IMG/VR virus record: IMGVR_UViG_3300023174_000074
Span: 62,809-126,808 of that record
DNA: 64,000 bases
Origin: a virus
Direction: 5' to 3' (one strand)
Below are positions 58,418 to 64,000 of the stretch, in pieces (the stretch's first letter is position 1; every line of letters starts with the position of its first letter). The notes under the pieces are model-generated. The model was not told where the DNA came from. It did no database searches and worked only from the letters and a program-made list of their open reading frames with translations. Position numbers and translations under genes: made by a program.

Positions 58418-59052
58418 GTGGGTTTTATTTTTTTATCCCGTAGGATTATATCATTTTTGCTAAAATTAAATAAATATTGCGAGTCCTAGCAAAAACACTA
58501 TTACCCCTTTAATGGATAAATCAACTGATATCGAGAACGAGATTAGCCAAATGTACATTCTTCTCAATAAGCTATGTCCTGGCACTTACGGAGACAATTG
58601 GTGGAAAATATAGTCAGGTGGCTGATTGATTGATTAGGCTGCAACATCCTGACTACACGTACCAAATTCTTACGCGACTTAATATAGCCTAGTATTAAAA
58701 ATACCGTTGCTGTCCAGTCCCAGATTATTGCAGGAACAATAAGTATGATAGCTAAAACAGTTTATATACTTAAGCTTTTAATTTTTGAAAAAATTCCATC
58801 AACTTATTAATGTCAGTCCTAGATTCTTCGTGCTGACTTGGATAATGCCATTCCTTTCCCTTTGAGTCATAGAGGCTAATCTCACCTCTTATGTATGATA
58901 GCAGACTAACGAGGTTTAATTTTGCAATTGGTTTATCCCATTGATCAACAGCAATTACCTCTGATCCCGATTCTATTAATTTAAGAACTGGTCCTTCGTA
59001 ATTTATCACCTCTATCGATCTTTCTTTTTTGTTTGCCATTGGTATTATTAAT

Positions 59053-59451
59053 TTAGATTACTATTTTATTGTTAGTGGTCATAAAGTCTTTTTTTCTTAT
59101 TATAGTCTTAAGAACAAGGTATAGTCCCCCCTTATCGGGGTCAAATTCAATAGTAAAGGGTGTATTTAAGTTAGTTCTCATATCTTGAAGCACAGCTTCA
59201 GCTTTAGGCGGCATTTCAGAGATTCTCTTTCCTGCCTTCTCATAAGCTCTTTTAAATAGATCGATAAGCTCATGTGTAGTGATTGGAGGTCTATTTCTAG
59301 GATCGTTAGCTCTCTCCCTGAAGTGTCTACTGAATTTCACATCAAGATTAAGTTCTTTAAAAAGTCTATCCACATAATCTTCCAACAAATCAAGCTCATT
59401 TGGACTTATCGTTTCGTTTAATGAATTCCATTCTTTCCAATTGTGTATCAT
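59053..59451 (-). CDS. Putative virion protein
   Basis: IHNWKEWNSLNE; VKFSRHFRERANDPRN, KTIIRKKDF. Confidence 0.6.
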   Translation of the reverse strand: MIHNWKEWNSLNETISPNELDLLEDYVDRLFKELNLDVKFSRHFRERANDPRNRPPITTHELIDLFKRAYEKAGKRISEMPPKAEAVLQDMRTNLNTPFTIEFDPDKGGLYLVLKTIIRKKDFMTTNNKIVI

Positions 59452-59553
59452 TTAGGGGTTTAGTTTTTTTATATATTCAAAAAAATACATGTTAATTTTT
59501 TTTTACACCGCAACCCGATCTTATATTTGCTTTATAATCTTAAACAATTAAAT

Positions 59554-59955
59554 ATGGCTTACACAAAAAATCCGGTTAATCCGAAAGCACCGTCCAATAA
59601 CGCTTTATGGACAAAAAAAGATGATTCACTTCTAAAAGAAATGGCATCTAATAAATCAACAACTGCTCAGATTGCAATTGCATTAGGTCGTACTAAGGCA
59701 TCGGTTTGGGGACGTAAATGTATGTTAGGCATCAAAGGGCGTTTAGCTTCTTCAAGGGGACAGAACGTATTTGCGCCAACAACACTGGGGACAAAAACCA
59801 GTAAAGGATTTAAATCTACAATTCAGCCCAATCAAGCTACTAAGAATGTTAGAAAGCCACGGGAGGTTAAGCAATCAAACATTCATGCTGATTTTGCTAG
59901 CTTATCGAAATTAGCTAAACAGTCTGGGGCTAAGATCGTTATCACTTTCGAATAA
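59554..59955 (+). CDS. Basic HTH (GcrA/Myb-like) protein
   Basis: WTKKDDSLL, AQIAIALGRTKASV. Confidence 0.55.
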   Translation: MAYTKNPVNPKAPSNNALWTKKDDSLLKEMASNKSTTAQIAIALGRTKASVWGRKCMLGIKGRLASSRGQNVFAPTTLGTKTSKGFKSTIQPNQATKNVRKPREVKQSNIHADFASLSKLAKQSGAKIVITFE

Positions 59956-59973
59956 GAGATAACCATCGGAAAT

Positions 59974-60005
59974 AAAAATGGTCTGATAATTATCAGACCA
60001 TTTTT
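59974..60005. terminator. Intrinsic terminator (perfect palindrome)
   Basis: AAAAATGGTCTGATAATTATCAGACCATTTTT. Confidence 0.75.
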
Positions 60006-60134
60006 GTGTTAACACAAATAATGTAAGATATATTAAATACGTCTTCCTACCGGTTTAAATCCCCATCAGAAGGATTATTCTATCCGAATGTTAATACGAA
60101 TTGTATTTAAATATTCTCCTTACTATAGCTTATT

Positions 60135-60962
60135 TTATTTGTTTCTAAATTCTTCAAAAGTTCTGAAAGATTGAGACTCGTTTGGTTTCTCGCCAGTGCT
60201 CAATTCAGTTCCTTTCTCCTTCTCCCAATGAAATAGTGGGGTGTTCCAAGCAATTTCAAAAGTATCTACTGCATCTCGATAAGATTCAGTGGATTCTTCA
60301 TTAGCATCTCTTGTGTATTGCCAACCCATATAAAGTTCTTCTGGAACCTGAAATCCAAAGAATTCTAGAACTTTCTTCTGCGTGGTTAGACTTTGATCAA
60401 CCTGCCAGTTCTGGCCTATTACAACCAAACCTGCCATTATATTATCAATCGTGCTTTTTTCACCTAGTGTTGAGTGCATATTCTCCATCCAATCAAGTCT
60501 TTCTATTACTTTTTGATAGATCGCATTAACACTTCCCCATCTTTGAGACCCAAAGAAAATAACTGCCTGGCTATCATAGATTGCGTTTGCTATCTTATAA
60601 AGCTCATCATCTTCAAAGTCATGTGAAGCCCAGCATCTAAGATGTCCGTGTGGGTTCTTTACATCGTCTTTAACAGCTGATTCTTTAACACCGCAGTTAT
60701 TACCATGAAGTTCGCTAACACAGCCTAAACAGTTATGTATATTCAATTTGGCAGCATCTATAATCTCAACCTTAACATCACGTTGCTTTAGCTTCCCTGC
60801 CAGATTTCTAGCTAACTGAGAAGATTTTGGACTTTCACCGAACTTCTCCACATACGGGCTTCTGCTAGATGTGGTTATGAATGTCACCTTCTTGCAAGGG
60901 GTAAGCTTCTCAATGAACCTCCTTACATCCTCTATTTCAAATCCGTATTTTACGTCTATCAT
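60135..60962 (-). CDS. Flavodoxin-like / iron-sulfur flavoprotein (NADPH-dependent FMN reductase family)
   Basis: TSSR, IHNCLGCVS, RCWAS, IFFGSQRWG, IERL. Confidence 0.7.
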   Translation of the reverse strand: MIDVKYGFEIEDVRRFIEKLTPCKKVTFITTSSRSPYVEKFGESPKSSQLARNLAGKLKQRDVKVEIIDAAKLNIHNCLGCVSELHGNNCGVKESAVKDDVKNPHGHLRCWASHDFEDDELYKIANAIYDSQAVIFFGSQRWGSVNAIYQKVIERLDWMENMHSTLGEKSTIDNIMAGLVVIGQNWQVDQSLTTQKKVLEFFGFQVPEELYMGWQYTRDANEESTESYRDAVDTFEIAWNTPLFHWEKEKGTELSTGEKPNESQSFRTFEEFRNK

Positions 60963-60964
60963 GA

Positions 60965-61315
60965 TTAATATCTGGTTGGCATTCTATCGTTTCCGCCTCT
61001 TCCCTCTTGCATCTTAGCCATTACAAGGCCGAATAGAAATGCGTTAAAAGCTTCGTAATGATCCGAAGCGTAAATTACATTGTTATCTATTGCTACACCT
61101 GATTGTCCGTCTTGTGTGTGTCTAATTGATAGGTTAGGGTACATTCTTTTAACATCAGCTTCAAGTCTTGCTCTCATAGCTTCTTGCTCTCTGGTTACAG
61201 GTTGCTCGTTGTTAACTGGCATGGCAACATCAGAATTTTGAGTTCTTAATTGTGGAACATTAGACATTTCAGGAGATTCGTTTACGAAGTTTTCGTACAT
61301 TTTAATATTTTGCAT
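60965..61315 (-). CDS. Putative virion protein
   Basis: MQNIKMYENFVNES. Confidence 0.55.
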   Translation of the reverse strand: MQNIKMYENFVNESPEMSNVPQLRTQNSDVAMPVNNEQPVTREQEAMRARLEADVKRMYPNLSIRHTQDGQSGVAIDNNVIYASDHYEAFNAFLFGLVMAKMQEGRGGNDRMPTRY

Positions 61316-61452
61316 TGTTATTCTTTTATTTTCTCTATATATCATGATAAAATGCAAAAGCATTTGATTTTATCATTTCGTCAATAGCAGGCATTCTGGA
61401 TTAGAAAAGTTAATATGGCATCCGCTATATTAAAGTCACTGTTAGTAAATAA

Positions 61453-62547
61453 CTAAAACATATTTCTAGCAAGTAGACTTCCTACGTTACTCAAGTCTCT
61501 TATTCCTGTCCTTTTAATAATATCAGCTTTCATTTGTGGTAAAGGATCGAGAAGATATAATTTAAGTGGATTCTTTTTGAAATAATCGTCTAAAGGGGTT
61601 TCCATTTTTGTGTTTTCTGTATTTAGAGCTGAATCTAATAATGAGTGATATAAGATGTTAACTATTTCGATTGATTCTTTTGATGGTGAGCCAATCCTAG
61701 ATAAATCGCGGTAGCCAATATTATTCTTCTTGGTATACTTCTTAATGATATCATGAATTTTCTGGACAACCTCTTGTTCATCACTAAGCCCGATTTCACA
61801 ATTAACCTTATTTTTGTATGTTTTTATTTTCGCCCCATTACCCTTTGGATAGAACGCAAAAAACCTGGTATTATCTAGACGAGTTGTCATACGTGTTGAA
61901 TTTTTTTGGAATCCCAATATTAGATTAATATTTTGCCATTGTTCGGTGTTTAAAAAATTAGCTGATGCGCGTGCTAAATCTTCCATAAATTCCACATGTA
62001 TTTCACCAAAATGAAGAAGTTTACCATTATCAACTTTGGCCAATCCAAGTTCTTTCAATCTATTTAAAAACGGTAAATCTAAATTTTTAAAATTATCCAC
62101 AATACCGGACTCGCCCAAAATCTTATTCTTTATTTTTTTAAAAATACCAGAATAATCACTATCAATATTAGAAAAAAACCAATCATTATCATCCAAAGCA
62201 TCTTTTAAATCTTTTCTATTGAAATATGATGGTGCGCCTTTCTTAACGGCGTCCTTAATAAGGTTAATGAATAAATATTGGAGATCCCCGTCCTGTCTGC
62301 CGTAATAACGCCCAGTAGCTGCGTATGTATAATACCAATTACCAGCTCCGTTTTTTTCAAACCATGCTTGAGAAGGCATAGATTGACCCTTTATTGCAAT
62401 CCTTCCTGTTCTTTTTGGTGTGAATGTAAACCAGGAGTCAAGAATTTTCTTATAAGGTGATTTCTCAATTTCTTCTAGAAATTCTTCAGCATCGGGATGT
62501 AGTTTAGAGACAGCTTCAAAAATCTTATATGTTATCAAATTCTTCAT
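61453..62547 (-). CDS. Putative virion protein
   Basis: MKNLITYKIFEA; GATATATA upstream. Confidence 0.6.
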   Translation of the reverse strand: MKNLITYKIFEAVSKLHPDAEEFLEEIEKSPYKKILDSWFTFTPKRTGRIAIKGQSMPSQAWFEKNGAGNWYYTYAATGRYYGRQDGDLQYLFINLIKDAVKKGAPSYFNRKDLKDALDDNDWFFSNIDSDYSGIFKKIKNKILGESGIVDNFKNLDLPFLNRLKELGLAKVDNGKLLHFGEIHVEFMEDLARASANFLNTEQWQNINLILGFQKNSTRMTTRLDNTRFFAFYPKGNGAKIKTYKNKVNCEIGLSDEQEVVQKIHDIIKKYTKKNNIGYRDLSRIGSPSKESIEIVNILYHSLLDSALNTENTKMETPLDDYFKKNPLKLYLLDPLPQMKADIIKRTGIRDLSNVGSLLARNMF

Positions 62548-62588
62548 AATACTATATATCAATACGATCGCATTCTGATATATAAAGC

Positions 62589-63044
62589 ATGATGAAATTT
62601 ATTAGAACCTTTGATGATTACGAGAATCAAATGGTGCCAACCAGCTTTAAAGTTAGCAAACCAGGGGTGGAAAATATTGCGGATCAATTTCTAAGAGATC
62701 TAGGAAAAAACTACGATCTAAGAGTTGGTAAAGAGTTCGATAAGAAGAAAGGTAACTGTGCTTGGTATGTTCAGGAGTTTTATCAATGGTGTGAAAATAA
62801 CAGAACCCCAGTTAGAATAGTTTACTTTCCTGAGACAGAGAAAGCTAAAGACCCACATATAGCAATCATAGTTGATGATCTTGTACTCGATTTTGCTCAC
62901 AAGCAGTTTTCTAAAGACAAAAATGAAAAATACTCAGTTCTACCACTGAAGGCTTATAAGAAGTATGGATATTCGGATAAGATGGAGGTTTTAGATGAAG
63001 TTCCTAGTTGGATTGGTGATATCTATCCGGCGGATAAAAAATAA
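62589..63044 (+). CDS. Putative virion protein, possible papain/transglutaminase-like fold
   Basis: GNC...H...D arrangement; MKFIRTFDDYE leader. Confidence 0.5.
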   Translation: MMKFIRTFDDYENQMVPTSFKVSKPGVENIADQFLRDLGKNYDLRVGKEFDKKKGNCAWYVQEFYQWCENNRTPVRIVYFPETEKAKDPHIAIIVDDLVLDFAHKQFSKDKNEKYSVLPLKAYKKYGYSDKMEVLDEVPSWIGDIYPADKK

Positions 63045-63126
63045 ATTAATTTTTCCTAATTTTGTAGTACCCGTCAAAGAAAACACACAAGTCTTTAGCT
63101 TGTGTGATGAATTTGACAAAAACATT

Positions 63127-63540
63127 CTAACCTTGAGTAAGGATATATTGTTTAATGGTATTTGGATTTGCTTCTCCAATAGAACAAACAAAATAACCAT
63201 CAGACCAGAAAGTTTTTTCAACCCAGAATTGAGTGTATAAATAATTTCTATGTTGAGAACGCCATATATGATATGTGCTTTCTTGTTTTAACTTTCTAAC
63301 AATTGATGTTATAGATAATCTTGGTATATATCTAATTAAAAAGTGGATATGGTCAATATCACTTTCAAAGACTTCTATTTCAAAATCTGATTTAGAAGCA
63401 ATATTTAGTAATAATTGTTTCATATCATCTTTTAACTGACCAACAAGTAATTTCTTTCTGTATTTACATACAAAGATTAAATGACATTTTAAATAATGTT
63501 TAGAACGATTTGTTGAATTGTAATTGGAATTTTTAGACAT
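63127..63540 (-). CDS. tnpA: Y1 HUH transposase
   Basis: HLIFVCKYRK, DHIHFL, FWSDGYF, YI. Confidence 0.93.
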   Translation of the reverse strand: MSKNSNYNSTNRSKHYLKCHLIFVCKYRKKLLVGQLKDDMKQLLLNIASKSDFEIEVFESDIDHIHFLIRYIPRLSITSIVRKLKQESTYHIWRSQHRNYLYTQFWVEKTFWSDGYFVCSIGEANPNTIKQYILTQG

Positions 63541-63642
63541 AATTTTTAATTTTTTGTGAATGTTTCTCAAAATGAATGGAAATATTTACAAAAAAATTAA
63601 AAAATGTAAAAAATGACTTTTAAAGTTTAATATATACATTAT

Positions 63643-64000
63643 ATGAAAACAATATTTAAGTCATTTAAGTTTAGAATATATCCAAATAAAGATCAAGAAA
63701 TCTTGATGGCTAAACATTTTGGTGCTTGTAGATTTGTTTTCAATCATTACCTAAACAAAAGAAAAGAAACATATCTTGAAGATAAAAAATCACTTAATTA
63801 TTATGATAATGCTAATGATTTAACACAATTTAAAAAAGATGAAAACTTTAATTGGTTAAAAGAAATTAATAGCCAATCACTTCAATCATCTTTAAGAAAT
63901 CTTGATACTGCTTATGGTAAATTTTTTAGAAAACAAACTAAATTTCCAAGATTTAAGTCAAAATATGATAAACAATCTTTTAAAATACCTCAATTCGTTA
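63643..64000 (+). CDS. tnpB: TnpB RNA-guided nuclease, 3'-truncated by window edge
   Basis: KFRIYPNKDQ, HFGACRFVFN, WLKEINSQSLQ, FPRFKSK. Confidence 0.9.
   Translation, partial: MKTIFKSFKFRIYPNKDQEILMAKHFGACRFVFNHYLNKRKETYLEDKKSLNYYDNANDLTQFKKDENFNWLKEINSQSLQSSLRNLDTAYGKFFRKQTKFPRFKSKYDKQSFKIPQFV

Larger units (their letters stand above)
63075..64000. mobile_element. IS200/IS605-family element (divergent tnpA/tnpB), runs off window
   Basis: Subterminal hairpin CACACAAG-TCTTTAG-CTTGTGTG plus tnpA and tnpB. Confidence 0.9.

Noticed and set aside
58460-58770. tmRNA partner for smpB
   Set aside because: No tRNA-Ala-like ends or tag reading frame recognised.
1-64000. Stop-codon reassignment (TAG or TGA) as in some jumbo phages
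   Set aside because: Conserved genes are full length under code 11, and several end properly at TAG (clpP, helicase) or TGA.

Overview
AT-rich, densely coding 64 kb segment of a large T4-like (jumbo) bacteriophage, standard genetic code. The host is probably Bacteroidota, inferred from recurrent TAnnTTTG promoters. It is an accessory region: sugar and cell-wall enzymes, GH19 endolysin, a Dda/RecD-like helicase, three RNA ligases with end-healing enzymes, GMP reductase/IMPDH-like, SpoT-type HD hydrolase, ClpP, SmpB, four free-standing homing endonucleases, an IS200/IS605 element and many putative internal virion proteins. The main feature is an integron-like system at 22773-29228. It has 13 gene cassettes separated by attC-like TAAC...GTTA hairpins and ends at an attI-like site next to an IntI-like tyrosine recombinase that lacks the IntI-specific insertion. 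Relative to canonical integrons, the cassette genes are inverted, many start inside the hairpin loop, and each has 14-29 nt complementary ends. Other notable items: tandem hypervariable LRR genes, a degenerate capsid/prohead-protease pair, a stand-alone TnpB omega-RNA mini-element, tRNA-like RNAs, and homing endonucleases flanked by duplicated host-gene ends. All calls come from reading motifs by eye; no database searches were run.
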